From positions 32,001-96,000 of the forward strand of contig CAWBZV010000012.1 in assembly GCA_963793305.1 (NCBI GenBank): DNA of 64,000 nt. The letters run 5' to 3'. The position numbers and the translations under genes were made by a program. This DNA comes from an uncultured Gemmatimonadales bacterium. GTDB lineage: Bacteria > Gemmatimonadota > Gemmatimonadetes > Gemmatimonadales > Gemmatimonadaceae. Below the pieces are notes generated by a model. It was given only the letters and a program-made list of their open reading frames with translations, searched no databases and had not been told where the DNA came from. Of this stretch, positions 51,609 through 61,281 are shown piece by piece. Positions within the stretch are counted from its first letter, which is position 1. Each line of letters begins with the position of its first letter.

Positions 51609-51974
51609 CTACCGCTTCTTCTTGCTCGCGAGATTGAAGGCCACGGCCTCTTTAATGAGCTTCTTCAGGGCGGACCCATTGATCTCGTCATCCTGGTGGA
51701 TGTCGATGGCGCGCCTGACGTTCCCCTCGAGACTCGAGTTGAAGAGCTTCGAGGGATCCTCGAGTGAAGCCCCTTTGGCGAACGTCAGCTTGACCGCGCT
51801 CTTGTAGGTCTCACCCGTGCAGATGATCCCGCCATGAGACCAGGTGGGCGTTCCGCCCCACTTCTTCTCTTCGACGGCCTCGGGATCTGCCTCTTTGATG
51901 AGTTGGCGCACCTTGGCGAGCGTCCGCTCACGCCAGTCCCCCAACTCCTCGATGCGCTTATCAACGCTCATCAT
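51609..51974 (-). CDS. DUF1801 (YdhG-like) protein
   Basis: DWRERTL, EEKKWG, VKLTFAKGASLEDP, RRAIDI. Confidence 0.9.
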   Translation of the reverse strand: MMSVDKRIEELGDWRERTLAKVRQLIKEADPEAVEEKKWGGTPTWSHGGIICTGETYKSAVKLTFAKGASLEDPSKLFNSSLEGNVRRAIDIHQDDEINGSALKKLIKEAVAFNLASKKKR

Positions 51975-52387
51975 TTCGTGCGGGTCGCTTCGAGCTTCCC
52001 CTTCGCGACGCCACCCGACGCGTAGTGGGCCTCGAACCATCCGGTCCCTTTGTCGCCCTGGTAGTGCAAGACGCTACGGAGGAGCGTCACCGTTTGACCC
52101 GGGCGCAGCGAGCTGGGAAACGGACCGGCTTCCGTGACGATGCTGTCTCCGCCAACCGCGACGACCCGAAGGGCGACGGGGTTCGGTTGGCTGGGACTCT
52201 TCATGATCCATTTGTCCTTATCGGCCGACGCCACAATCACGTTGATCAGCGCGATGCTGTCCTTTGGACCGACCAGAATCTTCGTGTTCCACTTCCCCGC
52301 GACTGAGGCAAGCGTGACGGTCTGGGCACTGGCGGGGACCGCGCAGAGCGCGATCAGGGCGGCGGACAGCAAAACGGCTCGGCGCAT
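51971..52387 (-). CDS. Hypothetical secreted protein
   Basis: Signal peptide ending ASA; GAGG RBS; ATGA overlap with the DUF1801 gene. Confidence 0.75.
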   Translation of the reverse strand: MRRAVLLSAALIALCAVPASAQTVTLASVAGKWNTKILVGPKDSIALINVIVASADKDKWIMKSPSQPNPVALRVVAVGGDSIVTEAGPFPSSLRPGQTVTLLRSVLHYQGDKGTGWFEAHYASGGVAKGKLEATRTK

Positions 52388-52471
52388 AGGACGTTCCTCG
52401 AGAGATAGAGACTTGCCCGATGTGGCGCCAACGTATCCATTCTTGGCCTCGCGGGCAAGCTCGCATACATG

Positions 52472-54214
52472 TCACGGCACGACCTGTACCTCGAGGTAAC
52501 TCGGCTCCGCGCGATCCACCCAGATCCGCTCAGTCGCCTTGATGAAATCTGACGAGTCGGCCTCATAGATATTCGGCACGTATTTCTGCGGGTTCCGATC
52601 GAACGCCGGAAACCAGGAGCTCTGCACCTGGACCATGATGCGATGCCCGGGACGGAACGTGTGCAGCACGTCCTGGAGCTGGAACGCCACTGGCGTGATC
52701 GCGTCCGGCCGCATGGGCTCGGGCTCGGCGAACGACTGCCGAAATCGCGCGCGCATGATCTCACCGCGCACGAGTGGCGCGTACCCGGCGTTGACCGAGT
52801 CCGTCTGCGGGTAGACGTCGATGAGCTTGACGACGTAGTCGGCATCCGTGCCCGTCGTGCTGACGTTGAGCCGCGCCCAGATCGCGCCGCCGAACGTGAC
52901 GTCCGCGGTCAGCGGCGCGGTCTCGAACGTCACGACATCAGGACGTGACCGGTAGCACCGCTGATCATCGCTCATGTAGTGGTTGAGCGTCCCGTCCTCG
53001 ATGGTCTGCCCCTTGCATCGGCTCGGCACCGGCTGCGCGGGATCGCTCACGTACGACAGCGACGCCTGTCGCTCCGTGGGCACGGTCGGCGAGAGGGAGC
53101 TGTCGGCGTGAAAATAAAATCGACGCGTGGTCGCCTCACGGGCCGGCCACGACGTGAAGCGCCGCCACTGCTTGCGGCCCGTGTCGAACAGCAAGGCCGC
53201 CGGCAGATCCGTCGTGCCGTCGCCCTTGAGGTACGCCCGAAAATACGGCGCTTCGACATCGCGCTGAAATGCTTCCAGCGAATCGACGTTCGGCACTTCC
53301 CAGCCGTTATGTCGCCACGGGCCCATGACGAGCGTGACTTTCGCCGCCGTGTCTTGCCGCACGAGCGCCTTGTACGTGGCGAGCGTCCCATACAAGTTCT
53401 CGGCGTCGAACCAGCCGCCGGCGATGAGCATCGCGCTGTGGATCCCGGTCAAGTCGGGCGGAACGGCGCGCGACTGCCAGTACGCATCGTAGTTCGGGTG
53501 CGCGACGATGTCCCGCCAGAACGCATTGTCCTTGTAGTACTTCTCGGTCGTGTTCTCGAGCGGGCCGAGCGCGAGTTGGAAGGCGTAGTCGTTCTCCGTG
53601 CCGTCGGTCACGACCGGCCCAGGGCGCGCACCGACGAAGTACGGATAGCCGTAGAAATATCCCTGGGTCAGTGCGCCGTTGTGATGAAAGTCCTCGAAAT
53701 ACGAGTCGGTGGCTGGCGCTTGTGGCGAGGCCATGACGAGCGCGGGATGGTGCGACAGCGCGGCCATGCTCGCCAAGAATCCCGCGTAGCTCGTGCCCCA
53801 CGCGCCGACACGGCCAGTGTTGTGCGGGACGTGCGCGACCAGCCACGCGATCGTGTCGTACGCATCTGTCGCCTCGCTGATCGAGTCGGCGACATAGGGA
53901 CGCATGACCACGAACTTGCCCTCGGACATGTAGCGGCCGCGGATGTCCTGGTAGGCGAAGATGTACTTATCGTGCATCACGTACGCGTTGGGGCCGAGCA
54001 ACTTCGGGTACGCGTCGCCGTACGGAGCGACCGAGAACATGGTCCGTTTGAGAAGGATCGGATACCGGTTCGCGTCCGACGCGTCTTTTGGGATGTACAC
54101 GACCGTGTAGAGCTTGACCCCATCGCGCATGGGCACCCGGTACTCGAATTTCGTGTACTTTCCGCGGGCGCACGCGGTGGACACGAGCAGGATCGCGAGC
54201 CAGCAAGGTCGCAT
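52472..54214 (-). CDS. CocE/NonD family hydrolase (alpha-amino acid ester hydrolase-like)
   Basis: PMRDGVKL, QDIRGRYMSEG, WGTSYAG, GWFDAE, GPWRH. Confidence 0.9.
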   Translation of the reverse strand: MRPCWLAILLVSTACARGKYTKFEYRVPMRDGVKLYTVVYIPKDASDANRYPILLKRTMFSVAPYGDAYPKLLGPNAYVMHDKYIFAYQDIRGRYMSEGKFVVMRPYVADSISEATDAYDTIAWLVAHVPHNTGRVGAWGTSYAGFLASMAALSHHPALVMASPQAPATDSYFEDFHHNGALTQGYFYGYPYFVGARPGPVVTDGTENDYAFQLALGPLENTTEKYYKDNAFWRDIVAHPNYDAYWQSRAVPPDLTGIHSAMLIAGGWFDAENLYGTLATYKALVRQDTAAKVTLVMGPWRHNGWEVPNVDSLEAFQRDVEAPYFRAYLKGDGTTDLPAALLFDTGRKQWRRFTSWPAREATTRRFYFHADSSLSPTVPTERQASLSYVSDPAQPVPSRCKGQTIEDGTLNHYMSDDQRCYRSRPDVVTFETAPLTADVTFGGAIWARLNVSTTGTDADYVVKLIDVYPQTDSVNAGYAPLVRGEIMRARFRQSFAEPEPMRPDAITPVAFQLQDVLHTFRPGHRIMVQVQSSWFPAFDRNPQKYVPNIYEADSSDFIKATERIWVDRAEPSYLEVQVVP

Positions 54215-54216
54215 AG

Positions 54217-54582
54217 CTAGCGCGGGTTCCGACCCCGGTTGGAAATAGATATCGAATTGCCGGCGGGATCCCTGGCGTTGGCGAACTGAATGCCGCGTAC
54301 GTCGTGAACGACCCCGAATTTCAGACCTTGGGCCGCTCGCTCGGCCTTGAACGCGTGGATGTCGTCGACGCCGAACACCAGCTTGATCTCTGAGCCGCGC
54401 TTTTGCCCTTTGCTCGCCTGGTGTAGCGCGAGCGTACATCCGCCCGAAGGCGATGCGAGCTCGAGCCAACCTGGCTCGTCACTCGCCATCGGCATGAATC
54501 CGAAGTGCGTCTGATAAAATGCCGCGACCTTTGGGATGTCGCGCACGTACAGGATGATGCGTGACAGCGGTGGAGGCGCCAT
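54217..54582 (-). CDS. VOC/glyoxalase family protein
   Basis: ILYVRD...AFY, LVFGVDDI, RDPAGN. Confidence 0.85.
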   Translation of the reverse strand: MAPPPLSRIILYVRDIPKVAAFYQTHFGFMPMASDEPGWLELASPSGGCTLALHQASKGQKRGSEIKLVFGVDDIHAFKAERAAQGLKFGVVHDVRGIQFANARDPAGNSISISNRGRNPR

Positions 54583-54603
54583 GCCGGAATCTATAGCGCC
54601 ATG

Positions 54604-54882
54604 CTATCGCGCGTTCACCTCCAAAGCCTGGTCGCCGCCCTTGGTCGTTAACACAGGGCTGGCATTCACAAGGCTTTCGCCGTATTCCCGGAGCGCTCGC
54701 CCGTCGGCGATCACCGCGCTCATGTCGCGACTGAGTCGATCCAAGAGCTCGGCAAGATCGGGCCGGCTGTTCAGCGCCAATGCTGCCTTTCGCATCTCCC
54801 AGCGAAAGAGTAGCCAGGGGCTTAGCAGCATAGCATAGAGGACACAACCTATGATTATCACCACTCCATAACGCTCCATCAT
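54604..54882 (-). CDS. Hypothetical single-TM protein
   Basis: N-terminal hydrophobic helix; ATGA coupling to the upstream gene; GGAGG RBS. Confidence 0.6.
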   Translation of the reverse strand: MMERYGVVIIIGCVLYAMLLSPWLLFRWEMRKAALALNSRPDLAELLDRLSRDMSAVIADGRALREYGESLVNASPVLTTKGGDQALEVNAR

Positions 54883-55325
54883 TTGACCCCCTCCGCACGA
54901 CTGACAAAGGTTATCGCCATGAGCACCGCACTACACAGCACGCTGAGACCAAAGAATACGAGCGAAATTTTGGGAACGAGCGACCTTCGCCCGATCGCGC
55001 CTGCGTGAATGGTGCCGTACGTCAGCGTGTCGATGACAACCCAGACAAGGCAGGCTACGGCAAAGAGCGCTTCCATGCGCGGCCACGTGGACTGCCTGCC
55101 AACGCGTTCACCGAGCGCGCTAGCGCTGATAGAGCAGGCGATCAACAACAGCTCGCCGTCGCCAATGGTCGAGCCGAGAATGCGCCACACGTTCGCCGAG
55201 CGCGGCGTGTGTAGGTACGCCAATATAACGTGAACAATCAGCGGCAAAAGGCTGACTAGTACACCGTACAACAGCCACCGCGTGAGATTGTCGCCGACCA
55301 ATGCGCGCCGACTGACAGGAGCCAT
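54879..55325 (-). CDS. Hypothetical 4-TM membrane protein
   Basis: Four hydrophobic helices; TAGACT box 6 nt before ATG. Confidence 0.7.
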   Translation of the reverse strand: MAPVSRRALVGDNLTRWLLYGVLVSLLPLIVHVILAYLHTPRSANVWRILGSTIGDGELLLIACSISASALGERVGRQSTWPRMEALFAVACLVWVVIDTLTYGTIHAGAIGRRSLVPKISLVFFGLSVLCSAVLMAITFVSRAEGVK

Positions 55326-55455
55326 GTCACGAGTCTAAGCCGCAGCGTCAGTCGATCGTCAGCTTCGCCCCCTCGAGCATCGCACCGGTTTTTGACCGCG
55401 ATGGCGAATGGTCACCAGCGGCCAGCGCAACGAGTATAGGGCGCGTAATTTGAAG

Positions 55456-55980
55456 ATGATCCGACGCTGCACGGATGGCGACCTCGCCACGATCGAGTCG
55501 ATTATCAACGAAGCCGCCGACGTGTACCGCGGCGTGATTCCGCTCGACTGCTGGCACGACCCCTATATGCCGCGCGACGAGCTCGTGGCCGAGGTCGCGG
55601 CGGGGGTTGAGTTCTGGGGGTGGGACGAGGCGGGCGCGCTCGTCGGCGTCATGGGGCTGCAGCGCGTGCGGGACGCCACGCTCATCCGTCACGCCTATGT
55701 GCGGCGCTCGCACCAGAGTCGCGGCATCGGACGACAGCTCCTCGATACGCTCGCAACGCGCGCATCCGGACAGCTACTGGTCGGAACGTGGGCGGCCGCC
55801 ACCTGGGCAATTCGATTTTATGAGCGCCACGGATTTCGGCTCGTCTCGGCCGTGGAGAAGGATCGGCTGCTCGATACGTACTGGACTATCTCGGCGCGCC
55901 AGCGGGATACGTCAGTTGTGCTCGAGCGTCGAGTACGCGATCCCGTCCGGCCAGGCGCCGACGGGGAGAGTCAAGAGTAA
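55456..55980 (+). CDS. GNAT family N-acetyltransferase
   Basis: YVRRSHQSRGIGRQLL and AIRFYERHGF. Confidence 0.9.
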   Translation: MIRRCTDGDLATIESIINEAADVYRGVIPLDCWHDPYMPRDELVAEVAAGVEFWGWDEAGALVGVMGLQRVRDATLIRHAYVRRSHQSRGIGRQLLDTLATRASGQLLVGTWAAATWAIRFYERHGFRLVSAVEKDRLLDTYWTISARQRDTSVVLERRVRDPVRPGADGESQE

Positions 55981-56907
55981 CGTCCGGGTCGCAACGTCGA
56001 CCGCCGCCACGGCATTGCGACCCTGCAGCGTGACGAACACGGTCCGACCGTCAGGCGCCATGCTCAACCCTTCGGGACAGGGCGACTTCGGAAACTCGGC
56101 CGTCGCAACGACATCGGTCGCCGGAATCGCCACGCGCCCGATCTCGGTATGCGTGCCAACGTCCATGAAGCGGAGCTCACCGCGACCGGGATCGCTTACC
56201 ACCGCCGTGCGGCCATCAGGCGTGATGGCGATCCGATAGGGGAACCCGAAGTCCGGTACTGTCGTCGTGACAGTCCCCGATGACGTCGGGACAACGCTCA
56301 CGGTCTTGACGCTGTCGCTCCCGACCCAGACCTCGGCCCCGTTCGGCGTGACGCCAATGCCCTCGACGAGCGGCGCGACATTGAATGAGCGCACGAACGC
56401 GCGAGCGGTGATGTCGAGCTCGGACACGGTCCCGTCGGCGACGTTGCTCGTGTACGCGTGCCGGCCGTCGGCCGTGAGCGCGACCATGTGCGTCGCGCGA
56501 CCGTGCGTCGGGATCGACGCGTCGACCGTGCCACGCGGCACGTTGACGACCATCACGGCCTGCGCCGTCTGCACCGTCACTAACAGCGTCGTGTCGCCCG
56601 GCAGAAACGCCGAGCCATGCGGCCGCTTGTTGTCGGCGCCGAGGTCGATCGTGCGGACGACCACCGGGACACGCGGCGCCAGGTCGATCACCGTCAGCGT
56701 GTGACCCGGCGACTGCTGTGGGCCATAGTTCGAGACGACCGCCCAACGTCCATTGTGCGAGATCGCCACCTCGTGCGGCCCCGCACCCGTCGGCAACGTG
56801 GCGATCGTGCGGTGCGTCGCGAGATCAATGATCGTGGCCGTGTTGTCGTTCATGTTGGCGACCACGACCATCCCATGGAGCGTCGCCGCGAGCAGCGCAA
56901 TCATCAT
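55912..56907 (-). CDS. YncE/YVTN-type beta-propeller protein
   Basis: Repeated PHEVAISHNGR / ITPDGR / VAAVDVATR blades; ATGA overlap with the NHase accessory gene. Confidence 0.85.
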   Translation of the reverse strand: MMIALLAATLHGMVVVANMNDNTATIIDLATHRTIATLPTGAGPHEVAISHNGRWAVVSNYGPQQSPGHTLTVIDLAPRVPVVVRTIDLGADNKRPHGSAFLPGDTTLLVTVQTAQAVMVVNVPRGTVDASIPTHGRATHMVALTADGRHAYTSNVADGTVSELDITARAFVRSFNVAPLVEGIGVTPNGAEVWVGSDSVKTVSVVPTSSGTVTTTVPDFGFPYRIAITPDGRTAVVSDPGRGELRFMDVGTHTEIGRVAIPATDVVATAEFPKSPCPEGLSMAPDGRTVFVTLQGRNAVAAVDVATRTLLLTLPVGAWPDGIAYSTLEHN

Positions 56908-57287
56908 GGGAGCACCACTGGCTTGCCGTGCGGGGTATGCCGATACGCATCAGCCCAAGCGTGTTTGCGATCGAGCAACGCCGCGACATCGGTCAGACCT
57001 TTGGCGGTCGCCAAGCGCTCGAGCGTGGCGAGCCAGTGCTCGTAGTAGTGCGTGCCATCGTCACCCTTCCCTTTCAACGCCGCTCCGCGGCGCGTCGATG
57101 CATCGCTTTCAGCGCTGCTCGACTGGTCGGTCGGACCGAGATCGGCTGCGCCGATCTCCTCGGCCAGCGCTGCGGACCACTCGGGCCAGGTAAAATATCC
57201 GCGCTCGGAGAGCGCGAGGGCCATCGCGAACGCCTGGGCGTGCCAGGGTTCGGCGAATACCTGCTCAGGTGGATTCGAGGTAGTCAT
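56904..57287 (-). CDS. Nitrile hydratase accessory (activator, P14K/NhlE-like) protein
   Basis: FAEPWHAQAFAMA, FTWPEW, YYEHWLATLERL, TPHGKPV. Confidence 0.9.
   Translation of the reverse strand: MTTSNPPEQVFAEPWHAQAFAMALALSERGYFTWPEWSAALAEEIGAADLGPTDQSSSAESDASTRRGAALKGKGDDGTHYYEHWLATLERLATAKGLTDVAALLDRKHAWADAYRHTPHGKPVVLP
57078..57158. repeat. 81-bp three-hairpin dispersed element, copy B (in the NHase accessory gene)
   Basis: Same orientation and length as copy A at 29732-29812. Confidence 0.9.
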
Positions 57288-57924
57288 CCCAGAGATCAAT
57301 GTAGAGGGAATCGTTCGGCGAGACCTGGTCGCCCCATACATCTCGCGCGGCGAAGCGCACAGAGTAGACGTGCTGCGGCTTCTCGCCGAGAAAATGGGCG
57401 TTCGTGTCTGGAAAAACGAAGACGCCATGGTCGCGGTCGATCACACCGGTTCGGCCACGCACGTACCGTGGCAATCGGGTATGGCCGACCGGGTTGATGG
57501 TGCGGGCACGCACGCGCTGCCCCACTTGGAACCGCGGCGACACGGGTACAGCGCGGCTTGTGGGAGCGCCCTTGGCTATGAGCGACGCGGCCTTCGCGGG
57601 GGTAAGCGCAGGCGTTGCCTTCGCCGCGCCCGACGCGGGCAACCCGCGCTCGATCTCGGCGCGGGTCACCAGCCCGACCTGCACCATGAGCTCGAGGAAC
57701 GCGACGAATTGACGTGCGTAGTAGCTCAGCTCCAGATACTCGGCGGGCGGTACGAGCTCGACGGAGTGGCGCGTGGCATCAATGTTCCACTTGCCCCACG
57801 CACCCATCGCCCGGCGCAGCGCGAACACGCGCGCCTCCCACGCCTCGTGGAACACAGGCTCGTTCGGCTCAATAACCACGGGCCCCATGCCATGCATGCC
57901 GCCCATGTCGTGCACACCGTTCAT
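57265..57924 (-). CDS. nthB: Nitrile hydratase beta subunit
   Basis: [27 protein letters not shown]. Confidence 0.95.
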   Translation of the reverse strand: MNGVHDMGGMHGMGPVVIEPNEPVFHEAWEARVFALRRAMGAWGKWNIDATRHSVELVPPAEYLELSYYARQFVAFLELMVQVGLVTRAEIERGLPASGAAKATPALTPAKAASLIAKGAPTSRAVPVSPRFQVGQRVRARTINPVGHTRLPRYVRGRTGVIDRDHGVFVFPDTNAHFLGEKPQHVYSVRFAARDVWGDQVSPNDSLYIDLWDDYLEST

Positions 57925-58541
57925 GCCACAACCCTGGCGACGCCGACCATGGAGTCTCGTGTCACGAGCTCGGCCAACGCCTCTTCGCTCATGCCGTCTG
58001 TACCAGCCGGCCGCTCCGGCAGCACGAGATACCGGATCTCGGCCGTGCTATCCCACACACGAACCTCAACGTCCGGACTGACCTCGAAGCCCAGGTCCTT
58101 GAGCAGCCCACGCGGATCGATCACCGCGCGCGCGCGATACGGCGCCGACTTGTACCAGACCGGAGGCAGCCCCAAGACCGGCCACGGATAACACGAGCAC
58201 AGCGTGCAGACGACGAGGTTGTGCACACGCGGCGTGTTCTCCACGACAACCATGTGCTCGCCTTGCATCCCGCCAAAGCCGAGCTCACCGATCGCTGAAT
58301 CCGCATCGGCGAGCAGTCGTTGCTTGTAGGCCGAATCCGACCAGGCGCGAGCAACCACGCGCGCCCCGTTGCGCGGGCCGATTTTGTGCTCATAACTATC
58401 GACGAGCACGTCGAGCGCGCGCTGGTCAACCAAGCCCTTCTCGACCAGCAGAGACTCGAGTGATTTGACGCGCAGGGCAAAATCTGACGGGACGGCCTGA
58501 TGATCGTGGTCGTGATCGTGGTGCAACGTGTTGGGTCCCAT
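57921..58541 (-). CDS. nthA: Nitrile hydratase alpha subunit, cobalt type
   Basis: [10 protein letters not shown] metal motif (Thr/Tyr marks Co-type); TATCTT box 5 nt before ATG 58541. Confidence 0.95.
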   Translation of the reverse strand: MGPNTLHHDHDHDHQAVPSDFALRVKSLESLLVEKGLVDQRALDVLVDSYEHKIGPRNGARVVARAWSDSAYKQRLLADADSAIGELGFGGMQGEHMVVVENTPRVHNLVVCTLCSCYPWPVLGLPPVWYKSAPYRARAVIDPRGLLKDLGFEVSPDVEVRVWDSTAEIRYLVLPERPAGTDGMSEEALAELVTRDSMVGVARVVA

Positions 58542-58567
58542 GCTGCAAGATACCAACTCCAGAGGCT

Positions 58568-59956
58568 ATGACAATCGACACGGATGTTCTGATCGTCGGC
58601 GCCGGACCCGTCGGGCTGTTTCTGGCGAACGAGTGCGCCCGCCGCGGCCTCCGGTCGCGGATCGTCGAAGCCCGGTCCGCGCAGTCGGACCACTCGAAGG
58701 CGCTGGCGATCTTTCCGCGCACGCTCGAGATCTTCGACATGGCGGGCGTCGTGCAACCGTTTCTCGACGCGGCGAATCGCGTCACCTGGGTCGCGGTGGC
58801 GAATCACGAGCGACAGCTGGCGCGATTGCAGTTCACACCGCCGGACACACCCTACTCCTTCGTCGCCATGGTCCCGCAAGACGTGACCGAGCGACTGCTG
58901 GCGGAGGCGCTCACGCGGCGAGGCGGAGTCGTCGAGTACAACACGACGTGTACCGGCGCGGAGCAGCACGACGACCACGTCAGCGTCACCGTCGAGCGAA
59001 ACGGCCAACCCCTCACCATCACCGCGACATTCGTCGTGGGCTGCGACGGTGCGCACAGCACGATCCGCCACGTGCTCAATCTGCCGTTCGAGGGTGGCGC
59101 GTACGACGCCGAGTACATGCTGGCCGACATCGAATCGAATGACACACTCCCCGCGGACGAGATGCAGCTCTGCCCGAGCGCGCTCGGCCCGGTGGCCATA
59201 TTCCCGATGAGCGCCACGCGCCGGCGGGTCGTGGCGATGATGCACAGCGCGCCCAAGGAAGACGCGCCGACCCTCGACACCGTGCGCGAGGTCCTCCAGC
59301 GCTCGCCGGCCGGGTTGGAAGCACGCGCGGTCAATTGGAGCACGTACTTTCGCATCCATCACCGCCAGGTGCAGCAGATGCGGGTCGGACGCATCTTCGT
59401 CGCCGGCGATGCGGCGCACATTCATAGCCCGTTCGGCGGCCAGGGCATGAATACCGGACTGGGGGACGCGTGGAATCTCGCCTGGAAACTCGACTTGGCC
59501 GTGCGCGGTCACGGGAACGAGCACCTGCTCGATAGCTACACGGCCGAACGCCGGCCCGTGATCAAGCAGGTCATCGACCTGACGCACTTCATGACGACCG
59601 CGCTCGGCGCGCCGAGCAAGATCGCGCAAGCCATCCGCGACATGGTCATCCCCGTCGTCTGGCGCTTGCCACCATTTCAACACTTCTTCGTGCGACGGCT
59701 GTCAGGGCTCGGCGTCGCGTCCGGCGGCAAGCGGTACTTCGACGACTCGCTCCGCGGTGGGACCGGGATACAGAGCCGTTTTCTGCTCATGGCTTTCGAT
59801 CCGGCCAATGGATCGACGATCGCCCAGGCGTTTCCGGACATCGTCGAGGTGCGGCCGACGTGGCAGCAGGGCCTCACGCTCGTCCGGCCGGACGGATACG
59901 TCGCGGCCACCGCCATCGACTCCATACGCGACGTCCTGGCGCGGCAGACGACCTAG
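58568..59956 (+). CDS. FAD-dependent monooxygenase (PHBH/RdmE-like)
   Basis: GAGPVG, GCDGAHS, AGDAAHIHSPFGGQGMNTG. Confidence 0.9.
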   Translation: MTIDTDVLIVGAGPVGLFLANECARRGLRSRIVEARSAQSDHSKALAIFPRTLEIFDMAGVVQPFLDAANRVTWVAVANHERQLARLQFTPPDTPYSFVAMVPQDVTERLLAEALTRRGGVVEYNTTCTGAEQHDDHVSVTVERNGQPLTITATFVVGCDGAHSTIRHVLNLPFEGGAYDAEYMLADIESNDTLPADEMQLCPSALGPVAIFPMSATRRRVVAMMHSAPKEDAPTLDTVREVLQRSPAGLEARAVNWSTYFRIHHRQVQQMRVGRIFVAGDAAHIHSPFGGQGMNTGLGDAWNLAWKLDLAVRGHGNEHLLDSYTAERRPVIKQVIDLTHFMTTALGAPSKIAQAIRDMVIPVVWRLPPFQHFFVRRLSGLGVASGGKRYFDDSLRGGTGIQSRFLLMAFDPANGSTIAQAFPDIVEVRPTWQQGLTLVRPDGYVAATAIDSIRDVLARQTT

Positions 59957-59970
59957 CGTCAAGTTAGCGA

Positions 59971-61281
59971 GTGTCCGACGACGGGCTCGTTCGCTCGTTA
60001 GGCCTCACGGCAATGACGGCGAACGTCGTCAACTGCATCGTCGCATCCGGTATTTTCGTGCTGCCGGCCGCCGTCGCGGCGATTCTCGGACCCGGTTGGC
60101 TCGTCGCCTACGTGATCTGCGCGGTCGCGATCACGCTCGTCTTCCTCTCGCTGGCCGAAGCCGCGAGCCGCGTGTCCGAGACCGGCGGACCCTATCGGTA
60201 CGTCAATGTCGCGTTCGGCCCGTACGCCGGCGTGCTACTCGGCGCCGTCATCTGGTTCAGTGCCGTCGCATCGAGCGCCGCGGTCGTGAACATCTTCGCC
60301 GGGACGCTCGCCGCCGTCGCCCCCGTGCTCGGCACCACCGTGGGGCGCGTCGCGCTGCTCATCGCGACGTACACGGTCTTGGCCGCGATCAATATTCGCG
60401 GCGTGCGCGCGGGCGCACTGGTCGTCGAGGTCGTGACGATCGCGAAAGTCGCACCGCTCGTCTTGCTCGTTGCCGTCGGCCTCTTCGTGCTCCGCGGCCA
60501 ACATGTGCCGGTATCGGGTCACGCTCCGATCGGCACCATCGGACGCGCCACGCTCGAGCTCTTCTTCGCGTTCACCGGCATCGAAGTCGCGCTGACGCCG
60601 GCGGGCGAGGTGTCGAATCCTGCTCGCACCATGCCCCGCGCGGTGCTCCTGGCCTTAGGCGTCGTGACGGCGCTCTACATCGGAGTGCACTACGTCGCCC
60701 AAGGGGTGCTCGGCCCGGGCCTCGCTGCCGATCAAGTCGCGCCGCTCGCCGCGACCGCCGACCACCTCTTCGGCCCACGCGGCAAGGCGCTGATGCTCGC
60801 CGCGGCCGCGCTCTCGACGTTCGCCTACGTCAGTGGCGATATTCTCGCGTCGCCGCGCATCATGTTCGCGTTTGGCCAGGACGGGTACCTGCCAGCGATG
60901 ATGGGCACGGTGCACGCACGCCACCGCACGCCGCACGTCGCGATCATCGCCTATGCCGTCGTCGCCTGCGCGCTTGCCATCTATGGGACATTTCCCGTCA
61001 TGGCCGCGCTGGGGGCGATCTCCGCCGTGATTATCTATCTCGGCAGCTGCCTGGCCCTGCTGGTGCTCCGGCGGCGCGATATACGCACGCACGGGCAGCC
61101 CTTTCTCGTGCCGGGCGGGCCCATCGTTCCCCTGCTCGCCTGCGTCGTGCTGCTCTGGCTGCTCGTCCAAGCGACTCGCGATGAACTGCTCGCGATGGGT
61201 CTCGTGATCGTGACCGCGTCGGTGCTCTATCTAGCTCGCTCGAAACGCAACGTTGCGCGCGGGGGTGAGGCGCTTGAGTAG
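59971..61281 (+). CDS. APC family amino acid permease
   Basis: SGIFVLP, GGPYRYV, FAFTGIE, AGEVSNP; about 12 TM helices. Confidence 0.9.
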   Translation: MSDDGLVRSLGLTAMTANVVNCIVASGIFVLPAAVAAILGPGWLVAYVICAVAITLVFLSLAEAASRVSETGGPYRYVNVAFGPYAGVLLGAVIWFSAVASSAAVVNIFAGTLAAVAPVLGTTVGRVALLIATYTVLAAINIRGVRAGALVVEVVTIAKVAPLVLLVAVGLFVLRGQHVPVSGHAPIGTIGRATLELFFAFTGIEVALTPAGEVSNPARTMPRAVLLALGVVTALYIGVHYVAQGVLGPGLAADQVAPLAATADHLFGPRGKALMLAAAALSTFAYVSGDILASPRIMFAFGQDGYLPAMMGTVHARHRTPHVAIIAYAVVACALAIYGTFPVMAALGAISAVIIYLGSCLALLVLRRRDIRTHGQPFLVPGGPIVPLLACVVLLWLLVQATRDELLAMGLVIVTASVLYLARSKRNVARGGEALE

